Source: Callorhinchus milii
Taxonomy: Eukaryota
Direction: 5' to 3'
Assembly (NCBI RefSeq): GCF_018977255.1
Contig: NW_024704742.1
Coordinates: 20,586,001 to 20,650,000, forward strand
DNA: 64,000 nucleotides
Both the position numbers and the translations under genes were made by a program. Position 1 is the first letter of the stretch. Every line of letters begins with the position of its first letter. Positions 12,274-24,869 of the stretch are shown here, one piece after another. The notes below the pieces were generated by a model that was not told the origin of the DNA, ran no database searches, and worked only from the letters and a program-made list of their open reading frames with translations.

Positions 12274-12697
12274 TGTACAAAGTATTAATTATACTATATA
12301 TATTGCCATTTGTTTCTCCTTCGAAGGCACTGACTTTAAGATCAGATCCCAGGAAGTGGTGTGAAATAACATTGGAAGATGCGGAATCCAGTTCTATCTT
12401 TATGCAACCTCACACTTTTCATCAGAGTTTGGATGTTGGTAGCGATCCAGAGTGAAAACTCTGAATGTCTTTTTTTCCCAGTCTAACAGCATAGAAGATT
12501 GAAACATGTGACCTTCTGGTCTCTTTGACCATCAGAGAAGCAAGCTACAAATCAAATTTGACACTGCTGGTAGGAAAGTAATAAAAATAGGATCTAATTT
12601 GTGGGCTGGGTTAGCAACCTATGTACAGAATTTGTCGTTTTGGTTAACCATGTGTATACTGGTGCATACAAAGGGAATTCAAGTCCCTTCAAATATG

Positions 12698-13430
12698 TGT
12701 TCAACTGTCTTTTCTTCCCCACATCCAAGCCGTGACCCACTCTGCCTTCCCTCACCTCTGTAACATCGCTCAACTCCGCCACTACCTCACCCCTCAGGCC
12801 GCTGAAAGTCTTGTTCATGCCTTCATCACCTCCAGGCTCGACTATGCAAATGCTCTGCTTGTCGGCCTTCCCAACTCCTCCCTCCACAGGCTGCAGATAA
12901 TCCAGAACTCTGCAGCCCATGTTCTCTCCCGCACCAAACTCCTCGACCCCATCTTCCCCATTCTTGCCCGATTCCATTGGCTCCCTATCCTTCAGAGGAT
13001 CCAGTTCAAGATCCTGGTCCTCACCTACAAAGCCCTCCATGGTCTCGCCCCACCTTACCTCTGCGACCTCCTCGTCCCCTACCAACCTGCCGGTTCCCTC
13101 CACTCAGCCGGCTCTGGCCTGCTCCACGTCCTCCAACCCACCCGCCCCACCATGGGCGAGAGAGCCTTCAGCCACTCTGCCTCCAACCTCTGGAATTCAT
13201 TCCCACAATCACTCCACCTCGCCCCCTCCTTAGCCTTCTTCAAGTCCGCCTCAAAACCCTCCTTTTCGACCATGCCATCGGCCACGCCCCTTCCCGTCCC
13301 CTCCTTTCTCCCTCCCTGACCCCAGCTCAGGTCTGAAATACTGTACACTGTCCAGCGCCTTGGGACATCCTCCCGACGTGAAAGGCGCTATACAAATGTA
13401 ATCTTGTTATTGTTGTTGTTGTTGTTGTTG
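12698..13430 (+). mobile_element. L2 LINE 3' fragment, relatively young
   Basis: ORF 12732-13319 HAFITSRLDYANALLVGLP...HWLPILQRIQFKILVLTYKALHGLAPPYL; 3' stem-loop and (TTG)n tail. Confidence 0.95.
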
Positions 13431-13918
13431 TGTTCAACAACTGATGAAAATGATTCCAGGTGATTCTACATCTTTTCATTGGTTGTTTCAGGGCATCTGT
13501 GCATCGCCACATGGTTAACACAATCCTCCTGAGTGGGTGCAGTAGAGATGGTAAATTACAACGATTCCACTGTGTAGCTGCAAAGAATGATATGTAACAT
13601 GGAGCTTGTCAAAAGACCCACGTGGTGAAATGGAGACAGACAATCGCAGATGCCACACTGGCAGAGGCTCAATTATTGGTGGATTATTGTATCAAGTATT
13701 TGATACATGTGAATTAGAGACTTTGCAGACTGCTATTTATTTAAAATACTTATCAGCGAAATACTTATTTCACTCTAATGGGATTATAATAGAGATGTGA
13801 AGGTGAGGAGAAGTGTTTTAAGTTTGATATACACCTGATACTCTCGAAGGTCAAGTGACTCCTGCCAGAACTAATTTTGAAGAGTGTTGTCAGCCTTTCT
13901 GCTGATCAAATGAGCATT

Positions 13919-14280
13919 GTGGAGTCCTGTAGCTCAGTGGTTAGAGCACTCGCCTTGCAAGCGAGAAACCTGGGTTTGATTCCTGGCAGGGCAACACGAT
14001 GGGCAAGATTCCTTATTCCATACACTTCTGTTACCTAGCAGTAGTAGGAACCTGGTTGTTAGTCGATTGGCGAATTACTTTTCTGGGAGTAATAATCCCT
14101 TCAAAAAATAATAATAATAATAATTTGGTCACAAACTGCTGTGCCAATGGGCTGCCACATTTCTCTCAAAAAATCTACTTTCAATTCACTGTACACGCTT
14201 TCTATGAAGCGCTTTGAGACGTCTCAAAGGTGTGATAAGGTGCTATATCAAATGCAAGGGTTATTATTATTATTGTTATT
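13919..14280 (+). mobile_element. tRNA(Ala-like)-derived SINE family A, long form, full length
   Basis: ggagtcctgtagctcagtggttagagc (A box), ttgcaa anticodon loop, ggtttgattcc (B box), central ttacctagcagtagtaggaacc block, L2-type tail with (ATT)n. Confidence 0.9.
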
Positions 14281-14783
14281 AATAGATAACAAAAGCCTGT
14301 ACAGGTAGAGGTTGAAGATACTATTGGAAAAGAGAAGAAAGTTTCTCTCAGTCTCCTGACTAACAATCCCACATGGTTATTTGTGGGATATTACTGTGGC
14401 GAAAATGGCTGCCATATTTACCTACAAGATACATACTCACTACAGTAAATCCTGTGAAGCTCTTTGAGACATCACCCCCTGGTATAAAAGGCACTACGTC
14501 ACATACAATTATTATTGTACAATGCAATTTACATTTATATAGCACTTTTCACATCAGGAGGATATCTCAAAGTGTATGACACTGCTAGTTGGTCACCTGA
14601 GGAGGGTAGGAGAGGGAGAATAATTAGTAATTATTATTGTTAATAAATGGAAGCATTTATGTGAACAGCATCTCATTTGTACGTGGAAGAGCAATATTGA
14701 ATAGGTCAAAGGAGATACCATTAAAGTTAATGATAGAGACACGACTAATGAAGAAGCTTTTTCATTGAAAGCTTAATTGAAAG

Positions 14784-14799
14784 CTAACCCTAACCCTAA
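14784..14799. repeat. Short telomere-like (CCCTAA)n tract
   Basis: ctaaccctaaccctaa. Confidence 0.4.
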
Positions 14800-15469
14800 A
14801 TTAGATACAAAGACAGCATGCCATGTTTTATTTACCAATTTGGGTAGTCCTATTTTATATTAACACTTAGAGCACCAACCAACAGATAATATGATGATCC
14901 ATTCACCAAGGGTCATAGACTGGAGATTCATCCTTCAGATGAGCCTCAGTGGAGTATCCAATGCTGAAACCAGGGATTCAAATACAAATGCAAGGATTAT
15001 TATTATTATTCCTAGCAACAGATTAGAAGACCCAAAAATAGAGCAAAAAATAGCACAATATGATGAGATGCTAACAGGAATCCTGACAATATCCAAAAGT
15101 ACAGCACAATCAACTCACGGACCCTCATTCCAAAGTGCCAGAAGCAATCCATGGGTTTCCTTTGTTTCGGCTGTGTCTTATCCTCAAGATATCTGGCAAA
15201 CCTAAAACACATCTCCTCCTATTTAGCAATCCCATTTTCTGAAAATAGTTGAGCATTTTAAATAAAAAGCAGTGCAATGTCTCTCATTTGTGTTTGTCTA
15301 CAAAATAAGCAATCATTACACTGTACAGTAAATACTGTGAAGGGCTTCGACCTGAAAGACACTACACCAAGTGCAACAATTATTATTATTAGTGAATTCC
15401 ACTGCAAACATTTGCAAATTGCATTGTTTTTTAAACCTAAATGTTTGACTAGATCTTAAAGTGTGTCAT

Positions 15470-15910
15470 CCTGGCTCAGTTGGTAACACTCTGGTGTTTG
15501 AGTCCAAAGGATGTGGGTTCAAGCCCTATGTCAAGATTTGGAACTTGAATAGATTTTGCTGACATTCCAATACAGTGCTGAAAATCTGCTGCATTGCTGA
15601 GGTGCCATCCTTCAAATGAGATATTAAACTGAAGTCTGTTTACTTATTCAAGTGGATGTTAAAGATTCCATGGCACTATTTGAGAAGAAATAGGAGTTTC
15701 CTCCGGGGTCGTGGGCAACAATTCCCCAAAGAACGTTGGTTATTCACTAAACGACCCTTTGTGGAACATTGCTGTGAGCAAATTGGCTGCCGGGTTCAAC
15801 TAAAAATACAGTTACTCCACTTTACAGCATATCCTATAAAGCACTGTGATAAGTCCTCCCAACAGGAAAGACATTATATCAAATGTAACGATCATTATTC
15901 TTAATAATAA
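15470..15910 (+). mobile_element. Deu-domain SINE family B, near full length
   Basis: tggctcagttggtaacact head, gtggatgttaaagattccatggcactatttg Deu block, aaattggctgcc, tail. Confidence 0.85.
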
Positions 15911-18082
15911 TAAAGACTTCAACAAATATAATTACTTCTAAATTCCCAGTAATCATATTTAAGTTGAAATCTAAAAGACTATTGATAGAATGCAGATGAC
16001 CTTTAGATCTGTGCATGTCAATGTTTATCCTAAATGGTTTGTGAAATAACCTGATGAACCCTCTTTGGAAATTACGCCACAACTGTTTCAGAAACTTTTG
16101 GGAACACATTTGTAAAGAAATGTGAACAGTGCATGTCCTGTTGTTAATTTTTGTGACTGTTAATTCTCCTGCAAAGATGGGTTCACACAACGAGTAAGTG
16201 TGTATCTTGTTAATATTCAGACAAGGTTGTAATGACAATGAATGGTTTTGAGTATGCCAGTCACGTCACTGTGTGTTCACCACTGATTCTGAAGAGGCTA
16301 CGTTCAACTTGCCAACTGCAGCAAAGCTAAATTTTAAAAACACTTCTATTGTTCAGTACAAGAAAGAAAACATTGGTTAGTAACTTTTCTACTTTTTCTT
16401 GTTAAAGCAAAATGACTGAGCTACAGTCAGTATTCTTTGTCATTTCCAAATGGGCACAAGGAAACCAGAATATGACAGATGGCAGAGGGAAAAAAATTAC
16501 TCAGCAGGTTGTTGAAATGCCAGAGAATCCTTCTTTTCTGCGATTCAACCAAATTCAAAACAAACTCGTAAAAAAAGGGCAAGGAGGAAGCACTTTCCAC
16601 ATGTGTAAACGACATATGTAGAGAGCAGGACAAAAATCCAGAACAAGAAAACACCATTTGACACACATAAGCGCACATAATAATCCTTGGCATTTGATAT
16701 AGTGTTAATAACATCAAAATGATTTATAGGTAATTACCATGAAACATAATGTGTTTGGAGGCGAAGGCATTAGATAATTTGTACGTGATTTGGAATCCTG
16801 TTAAAAAAATACTGAAAATTAGACCATCATAAAGTTATTATGTCCTTCTATTTAAGAGTGTGTCATATGTACCAGAGTAACTAACATAATGGACTTCCCA
16901 CACAACTTATGCAGTACATTTTATAAAATTTATCCTTCATTTATCTCCGATAGAACACTTCTGTTGCATTGGCAACTTGAACAGCAGCACTATCAGAGTA
17001 TTAACAACTACAAAGCTTTTAAACCATCTTAAATAGAGGAGTTAATTTTCTTCAAACTGAAAATTGATTTTATTTTTGTACTATAATCTATAAATCACTA
17101 AGCAAACATTCAGTAAAACTCATCTATATCCATATGTTTGAATGCAGTTTGAAAGTAAACATTTAATTTAAATGGAAATGGACATGATTTATATATGATC
17201 AATGAGGGGTCAGATGTTACGGGCTTTAAAAAGGAACTGCAAGTTTCAGCTGGAAGTTATTTACTGTCTGGACTCAAGCCAACAGCACTCTTGATAGCTG
17301 AAGCCAGGGATCTAAATGAAAAGTAAAGTATATACATTGAGGGTGTACCCAGTAAGGTCAGAAAATGTCAGTAATGTCTCCCTATGGCCTCATTGAAAAA
17401 AATACTGAAGAGCTCTGCTGATATTTGACTTTCTACCACTGATTGTCAAACTCTTTGAGAGGTAACCTTTGCCCAAAAGCTAAAATACTACCAGGCACCA
17501 AAAAATCCAGTTGAAATAGCTACACACTCCCTTCACTTTTGGAAGCTCCAGCGAATGCATCCCTCACAAAATGACTGTTAGAAAATGTACAGGATAAACC
17601 TCTTTATTTTCCTTTCTATGGCTTTGAACCAACAGTGACAGTGATCAGAAATAATTTTATTTATGAACTTGAGAGGAATATAAGACTGTAGAGATATATG
17701 ATTTTATCAAAAATGTGTGATCCAGTCTATTATGTTTGATTTACTCTGAAAAGAAGGGCAAATGTTTGGTATGTAATTTAATCTCAAGAAAAGTGACACC
17801 ATGGGTCACATCTGTGAAAAATATGGAAGGTTTAGATACCAGAAAGCACTTCTCTTACAAGGCAGCATTTTTGTGACTTGTTATACAACTATTGAAAACA
17901 CTATGGCAGCAGATTAAATAGAGAAGGTTCTGTAGGAAACAATGGAATACTGTGTTAGGTTTATTCAGTCAGAGAGGAAGGCTCCATCGTTTATTACAGG
18001 GGCAGTCACAGTGGGTTATGAAGTTCATGTGTTTTTTCAGTAGCCCCTTATTTTGGAATGGAATGTTCCAATATGGTAACAT

Positions 18083-18372
18083 TAATAATAATCCTTGCAT
18101 TTGATATAACGCCTTATCATATATTCGAGACATCTCAAAGCACTGTACAGAATATACTATAAAGTGAATTGACTATATTTTGTGGGCGAAACCAGGCAGC
18201 CAATTGCACATAGCAGTGTCCCACAAACAGTCGTGGATTGAGTGACCAAATTATTTTTTATTTATTTTGAAGGAATTATTACCCCCAGAAAAGTGATCTG
18301 CCAATTGACTAACAACCAGGTTCCTACTTATTGCTAGGTAAACAGAGCTTTGTAGAGTATGGAAACAAGGTT
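18083..18372 (-). mobile_element. SINE family A long form, 3' part (interrupted by an L2)
   Basis: Reverse complement of tail through the central block; the head resumes at 19469-19529. Confidence 0.88.
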
Positions 18373-18375
18373 CTG

Positions 18376-19468
18376 TCCTTGAATGGTTCAGATCCTACTT
18401 CTTACACCGTCTCCACTTCATCTCCACAAACGGTTCTCCTCTTTCCCCCGCAACTTCTTGTGCGACGTTCCTCAGGGCTCTGTTCTTGGTCCCATCCTCT
18501 TCGATATGTATATGCTCCCTCCCGCAGACAGGGGGTCAACACCCACATGTATGTGGATGACACCCAACTCTATATCTCTACTTTCAACCTCAACTCCAGC
18601 ACCATTGCTGTCCTGATTGAATGTCTGTTAGACATTGAGTCCTGGATGAGAGCTAACTTTCTACAGTTGAACGTCAACAAGACTGAGGCTCTCCTGATTG
18701 GCTCCTGTCAGCGCCTCCACACCTCAGGTGCTGGCAGCATCACCATCCAAGGATGCCAGTCCAGCATCTTGTTTGACCCTCAATTATCCTTTCTACCCTA
18801 CAACCATGCCATAATCCTGCTCTGCCTTCCCCCACCTCTGCAACATCACCCGGCTCTGCCATTGTCTCACTCCGCAAGTTTCCGAGACCTTCAAACATGC
18901 ATTCATAACATCCAGACTTGACTATGAAAACTCTGCTTGTTGGCTTCCCCAACTCCTCCCTCCATAGCTTGCAGATCATCCAGTACTCTGCAGCCCGTGT
19001 CTTCTCCTGCACCAGGCTCTGTGTCCCTATCACTCCCATTCTCGCCCGACTCCACTGGCTTCCCATCACACAGAGGATACAGTTCAAGATTCTGGACCTC
19101 ATCTTCAAAGCCCTCCATGGTCTTGCTCCCCTCTACCTCTGCAACCTCCTAAACCCCTACCAACTTGCCCACTCCCTCAGCTCAGCGGTCTCCTGCCTGC
19201 TTCACTTCCCTGCCATTAGGCCTTCAGCCACTCTGCCCCCACCCTTTGGAACTCCATCCCACAGTCCCTCTCCCTTGCCTCCTTCAAGACCTGTCTCAAG
19301 ACCATCCTCTTTGACCGTGCCTTCAGTCACCCTCCTTTCAACTCTACCCCAAACCTCTCTGATCCCAACCCCCAGCTTGGGTTCGAAACACTAATTGTCC
19401 AGCACCTTGGGATGTCCTCCCGACCTGAAAAGCACTGTACAAATGTAATTTTGTTGCTGTTGTTGCTG
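18376..19468 (+). mobile_element. L2 fragment (RT to 3' tail), frameshifted
   Basis: VPQGSVLGPILF, HMYVDDTQLY, NFLQLNVNKTEALLIG, HWLPITQRIQFKIL; (TTG)n tail. Confidence 0.95.
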
Positions 19469-19529
19469 GGAATTGAACGCAGGTCCTCTCGCTTGCGAGT
19501 GCTATAACCACTAAGCTACAGGTCTCCAC
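19469..19529 (-). mobile_element. SINE family A tRNA head (other half of 18083-18372)
   Basis: ggaattgaacgcaggtcctctcgcttgcgag...aaccactaagctacaggtctccac. Confidence 0.85.
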
Positions 19530-19723
19530 TGATAAGAAATATATGAGATGGATGAACCTCAGGGTTTACGTACCTAATGCAATTTCATTGCAGATGACCT
19601 GGTAGTGCTCAGACAGTACAACTGCATAAAAAGTGCCTCTAAATTCTCCCAGATCTTGCTCATTGCCTACTATTAAGTCCTTTGAAATATTCTTTTGCAT
19701 TATATATACTACATACTGTAGGC

Positions 19724-20200
19724 AACAAAAACGACTTGCATTTGTATAGCATCCTCCATGTGATTCAACGTCCCAGAGCACTTGACAGTGGCGAAGTCTG
19801 ACTCTGAGCCAGGAAGAGAGGGATGTGGGAGGTGATCGTAAACACGATCAAAAAGGAAGGTCTTTAGGTGGGATTTAAAAGTGAGAAAGGAGTAGGCAAG
19901 GCGGAGGGATTGAGGGAGAGAATTCCAGAGCTTCAGGGTGTAGTCGGGCCAGGGATTAACAGAAAGACAGGGATTAACAGGAGGCCAGGGATTAACAGGA
20001 GGCCAGAGCCAGTTGAGCCGAGGCAGTGGGTGATGGAGTGGGGGTAAGCAAAGCGGATAGCTAGACAGATGCAAGGGCATGAAGGGATTTGAAAATGTGC
20101 AAGAGGATCTTGAAGTCGAACCGTTCGGTAATTGTGAGCCAGTGCAGCTTGGCAAAGACTGGTGTGATGGGGGTCCAGAGTTTTGTGCGGGTTGGTATGA
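19724..20200 (-). mobile_element. L2 3' fragment, second L2 subfamily, with internal 18-bp tandem repeat
   Basis: KLWNSLPQSLRLAYSFLTFKSHLKTFLF; tail gatgctatacaaatgcaagtcgtt; ggccagggattaacagga x3 at 19947-20006. Confidence 0.85.
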
Positions 20201-20364
20201 ATTACTCAATGGTCTCAGTTGCTAAGCAGCTGATATATCATTGATAGCACATTCAAATTGTGCATCTAGTCAAATGGCTATTGAATTTAAGAGGCTATGG
20301 AAGTGTCTGTTGCCAATTTTTCTCAAATCTCAACGCCAAAGGTGAGAAATACGAATGAGATCTA

Positions 20365-20679
20365 AATAATAATAATAATCCTTGCATTTGATGTAGCGCT
20401 TTTCACGTCGGGAGGACGTCCCAAAGCCCTTCACAGAACACACTGTAAAGTATATTTGTCGGCGAACGCGGCAGCTAATTGCACACAGCAATGTCCCACA
20501 AACAGTCATAGATTGAAAATGACCAATTTATTATTGTTTTTGGTTTTTTTGGAGGGATTATTATTAGGCTCTGTGTGGAGTAAGGAAACTTGCCCAAGGT
20601 TTCGCCCTCTGCCTGGAATTGAACTCAGGTCTCTGGCTTGCAAAGCGAGTGCTCTAACCAGTGAGCTACAGGACTCCAC
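20365..20679 (-). mobile_element. SINE family A, short form, full length, young
   Basis: Near-identical reverse complement of 52994-53323; CpGs retained. Confidence 0.93.
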
Positions 20680-21786
20680 AGTAAAATGGATCTTACTGAA
20701 AACAACAACAACAATTGCATTTATATAGCGCACTTAAGCAGGGTAGAGTCCCAGAGCACTTTTCTAAGATTGCTTACTAAGAACCTGGTGCAGTTGCCTC
20801 TTAGTTTCAGTCACTGTTCAGCTACTTGCCTCAGAGACAACTTGATAGTGTTAAGAAAGATATTCAAATCCAATTTACAACAACAAAGTGAAAGAAAATG
20901 CTCTGAGCTACATATCATAATCCAACAACCAAAGTCTTTAAATGTCTTATTTCATTCACAAAAGATGATCGTCTCTCCAAGACCCAAGTCCCAGTACAGT
21001 AATTTGGACACAATTAAAACCGTGTCTCCATGAAAAATACATGATTACAAGCTATTTTGTGTCAGAATATGTAAAGGATATTTTTAACATGGTTCTTATT
21101 TTTTGACAGATGGCTAGGTTGGAGTTGTGTATATAATTTAATAAGCTACAGTTTATATAGAACTAATATGTGTTTTGTAACATGTTCCAATGTATCAGTC
21201 ACTAAGATAAGATCATTAATATCCTTGACTCCAAATTTTATATAACATTTAATTTGCATATTGATATATCACCACTAATGGCATAACAATTGTATCAGCT
21301 AAATCTCATAAAGATAAAGATATGAATTTGAATTATAAGACAAAGTTATATTTTAAATTAGTCTACGTTGTATTTGCAAATAAAATCTAATCGGCATTGT
21401 TCACAAATTATCTGTATATAATATTACAATTGATATATTTCTATGATTTTGTGTTGAAAAAAATCAATTCTTGAATTAACATGCCAAGCAAATTAAGCCT
21501 GATTTTCATAATTTGCAAATACATTACCACTAATAGCCCAATGAGTATATGCTACATGTTTTATAAAATTGCAGTCTGGCAGCGATTAATAAAAAATGCA
21601 AATGGTTTGCACTATTCCTCATATTGATCCCTGTTTAATTTTCTTACACAAAGGCACATTATTAAAAAAAAAGTCACTTTTTAATTTCAGCACTCAGAAC
21701 TGTATTAAATATATAATTAATTAAATATAAAGATTAATACAATAAATCTGGAATGATGAAGTTAATAATAATTCCATGCTGCATTA

Positions 21787-22863
21787 ATCATGTCTGGCAT
21801 CCCTCAGGGCTCTGTCCTTGGCCCTCTCCTTTTCAATATCTATATGCTCCCCTTGGTGACATCATCCGCAGACATGGGATCAACTTCCACGTATACGCAG
21901 ATGACACCCAACTTTATTTCTTTGCTTCCACCCTCGATTTCAGGACCAATGCTGTCCTCACAGACTGCCTGTCGGACATCAAGTCCTGGATGAGAACTAA
22001 CTTCCTGCAGTTGAATGTCAACAAGACCAAGGCCCTCCTTCATGGCTCCCGTCAGTGCTTCTGTAACTTGGGTGCTGACAGCATCTCCCTCCATGAATGC
22101 ACTCTAGATTTCATGGAGCCAATACAGAACCTTGGCGTTCTGTTCAACCCTCAACTGTCCTTCATATCCCACATCCAAACTATGACCCGCTCCGACTTTC
22201 CCCACCTTCGCAACATTGCTCGGCTCCTCCAATGTCTCACATTGCAGATTGCCGAGACCCTCATACACGCATTCATAATATCCAGGCTCGACTATGCAAA
22301 TTTCCTGCTTGTCGGCCTCCCCAGCTCTGGCCTCCATGGGCTGCAGATCAACCAGAACTCTATAGCCCATGACCTCTCCTGCATCAAGTTCCATGACCCT
22401 ATCAGCCCCATCCTCACCCGTCTCCACTGGCCTTCCACCACACAGAGGATACAATTCAAGATTTTGGTCTTCACTTTCAAAGCACTCCATGTCTTGCTCC
22501 CCCTACCTCTGTGAACTCCTAACCCCCTAACAACCTGCTGCTCCCTCTGCCCAGCGGACTCCGGCTTATTCACATCCTCCGCCTTGCCCGCTCCACCATT
22601 GACAGGTGGGCCTTCAGCCACTCTGCTCCCACCCTCTGCCTCCATCCCGCAGTCACTCCACCTCACCCGCTCCCTTGCCTCCTTGAAGACCCATCTCAAA
22701 ACCCTCCTCTTTGACCGTGCCTTCAGTCTCCCTCCTTCCTTCCCTGCCCTCCACTCTCCCCGATCCCGACCCCCAGATCGGGTCCGAAACACTGATTGTC
22801 CAGTGCCTTGGGGTGTCCTCCCGACGTGAAAGATGCTATACACATGTAATTTTGCTGTTGTTG
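21787..22863 (+). mobile_element. L2 fragment (RT to 3' tail)
   Basis: GIPQGSVLGPLLFNIYM, then in a shifted frame HVYADDTQLY...SRLDYANFLL; L2 tail. Confidence 0.95.
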
Positions 22864-23283
22864 TAAAATCATAGCTACGTAAAAGCATCACAGCTTAAAA
22901 CAATTAAGTATTAAAATGAGGTCCCACCTGACATCCCATTGAACTATTTTGAAGCAAAGAGCTCTCCGGAGGCCAAAGCACCACATTGTCTTAAAAAGAC
23001 AAAGCCACTTTGTCTTAAAAATTTTAATTTTGCAGAATTGTGGAAAATTCTTAAATTGAGCAAATCTTCATAATCTGTATTTTGCAGCAATTCTCCAATC
23101 GAGCAAGCTTCAAAATCCAGATTTTATGAAATTTCCACAAGTCTGCTTGACTTTAAATTTTAAAAATAAGACTAGGTGGAATTTCAGGAGCCTGAGCCAA
23201 CCTATATTCCTTTACTTAAATCCTCCCCAAGAAACTTCATTCATCTGACTGCTATTTCACATTCACTGCTGTATTTTGTTACT

Positions 23284-23812
23284 TAAGAACATAAGAAATG
23301 CTAGATGAAATAAAGACCAAGATCCATCTAGTTCGCCTTCCACCTTCCTGGCGGTTGCATGCACATATGTCCCAAACCACCTAAGTATTATTTCCCATAA
23401 TGTCATTTCCCAAAAGAAAACTATCTAATCTGTGTTTGAATGAATCAACATTTCCAGTTTCAACCGTTTCCAGCTTCCCTAGGGAGCCTGTTCCACAGGT
23501 TCACTATTCGCTCACTGAAGTAGTGTTTGCGTAGATTTGTTCTTAATTTACTCCATTTCAATTGCAGGCCATGTCCTCCTGTTCTACTATTCCGGACGAG
23601 TTGAAACAGCCTGTGTTCATCTACATTGTCTAGCCTTTTTAGAATCTTAAAGACAGCAATCATATCTCCTCTCAATCTTCTCTTTTCCAACGTGGAAATT
23701 TACTTAGTCTCTCCTCATAGTCCAATCCCTCCATTCCCTCAATCATTCTGGTTGCCTCCTCTGCATCCTCTCGATTTCTGCCATATCCTTTTTTGTACTG
23801 AGTGGCAGAATT
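23284..23812 (-). mobile_element. CR1 LINE 3' fragment (family with a ttcttatg tail)
   Basis: EKRRLRGDMIAVFKILK...RTGGHGLQL...HYFSERIVNLWNRLP; tail taagaacataagaa. Confidence 0.92.
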
Positions 23813-23889
23813 GCGCGAAATTCTTAAATCAGATTTAACGTGGAAGCCAGGTTTCTGCAATTTGTAAAAATAACTTTTAAATTTATATT

Positions 23890-24260
23890 TACACAGTGCC
23901 TTTCAGGAGAAAGTTGCAAAGGGCTACATAGTGCTGAATGTTTACCCAAACAGCGGGTCGGAGCCGAAAGATGACCGAAAACAAGGTCAAAGAGTTGTGT
24001 TTTGGGATATGCCTTCGAAGAGTTGGAGCCACTATGGGATGGAATTCCAGAGAGCAGGGGCAGCATGATTGAAAGCTTGGCCTCTGATGGGGGTGGGGTG
24101 GATGGGATGGGGACATGGAGCAGGCCAATGCTCACTGGGCTAAAGGCTTGTGATTTGAAGGAGATTGCAAGTATTAAGGTGTGGCTTCTTCTGGATAATC
24201 AACTTGCTAATGAGTACTGGAGGCATTGAAATTTGAAGCTGCACATGGCTTTCTATCACT
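23890..24260 (-). mobile_element. Old L2 3' fragment
   Basis: ctctggaattccatccca and SKAYPKTQLFD resemble L2 LWNS...KTHLF. Confidence 0.6.
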
Positions 24261-24744
24261 TTTGTACTTTGTACTGGCTGAAAGGTTTGATTTGATTCCT
24301 GTACCATCTAAATGGCAGAACAAAAGCGATAATGATTGATGAGTCAGGGAAAACATCCAGGACTCTTTCACTCTTGTTTATTTGAGGATTGACTTAATCA
24401 CTTGGGTTTTGATTCCTCCTAACCCATGTGACTAACAAAATAATGTGTAATTCATTAATTATTCAATGCTCTCCACACCAGCCACCACTAGCTCCACTCT
24501 TTACAAGCTAAAACTCTTCCAAAATTCTGCAGCCAATATCCTCTCCCACAGTAGGCTGTGTACAAATCTTTGAATATGCTTTTGGTCAACACTTTCAATT
24601 CTCCTTCCTCTCCTGCCTGCTTGGTGTTCTCTGATGTCTTTTCAATATGCTTTGAGATATACATCTTATGTGAAGGGTGCTACATAAAGCACAGATTGGT
24701 GTCATTACCAGTCTTTCCAGTTCAACCCTCAACAAGCTATAGAT

Positions 24745-24830
24745 AAGATTATAAGAACATAGTCGAAAGAAGACCAAGGTGTATCCAGTTTGCCCTCCAC
24801 CATTGCATGCACATGTCATGTCCCAAACTA
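24745..24830 (-). mobile_element. CR1 3' UTR tip (same family as 23284)
   Basis: aagaccaagg..tccagtttgccctccacc..tgcatgcacatg..tgtcccaaac matches 23310-23378. Confidence 0.7.
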
Positions 24831-24869
24831 TATACTGTATATATAGATCAACAAAAAATCTGATTTAAT

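Noticed and set aside
13079..13348. Antisense and alternative-frame ORFs over L2 copies
   Set aside because: By-products of the C-rich L2 strand; they recur at every L2 copy.
14784..14799. Interstitial telomere marking a fusion site
   Set aside because: Under three units; compatible with chance or minor repair.
21753..22514. 253-aa ORF as a host gene
   Set aside because: It is a 5'-truncated, frameshifted L2 reverse transcriptase fragment.
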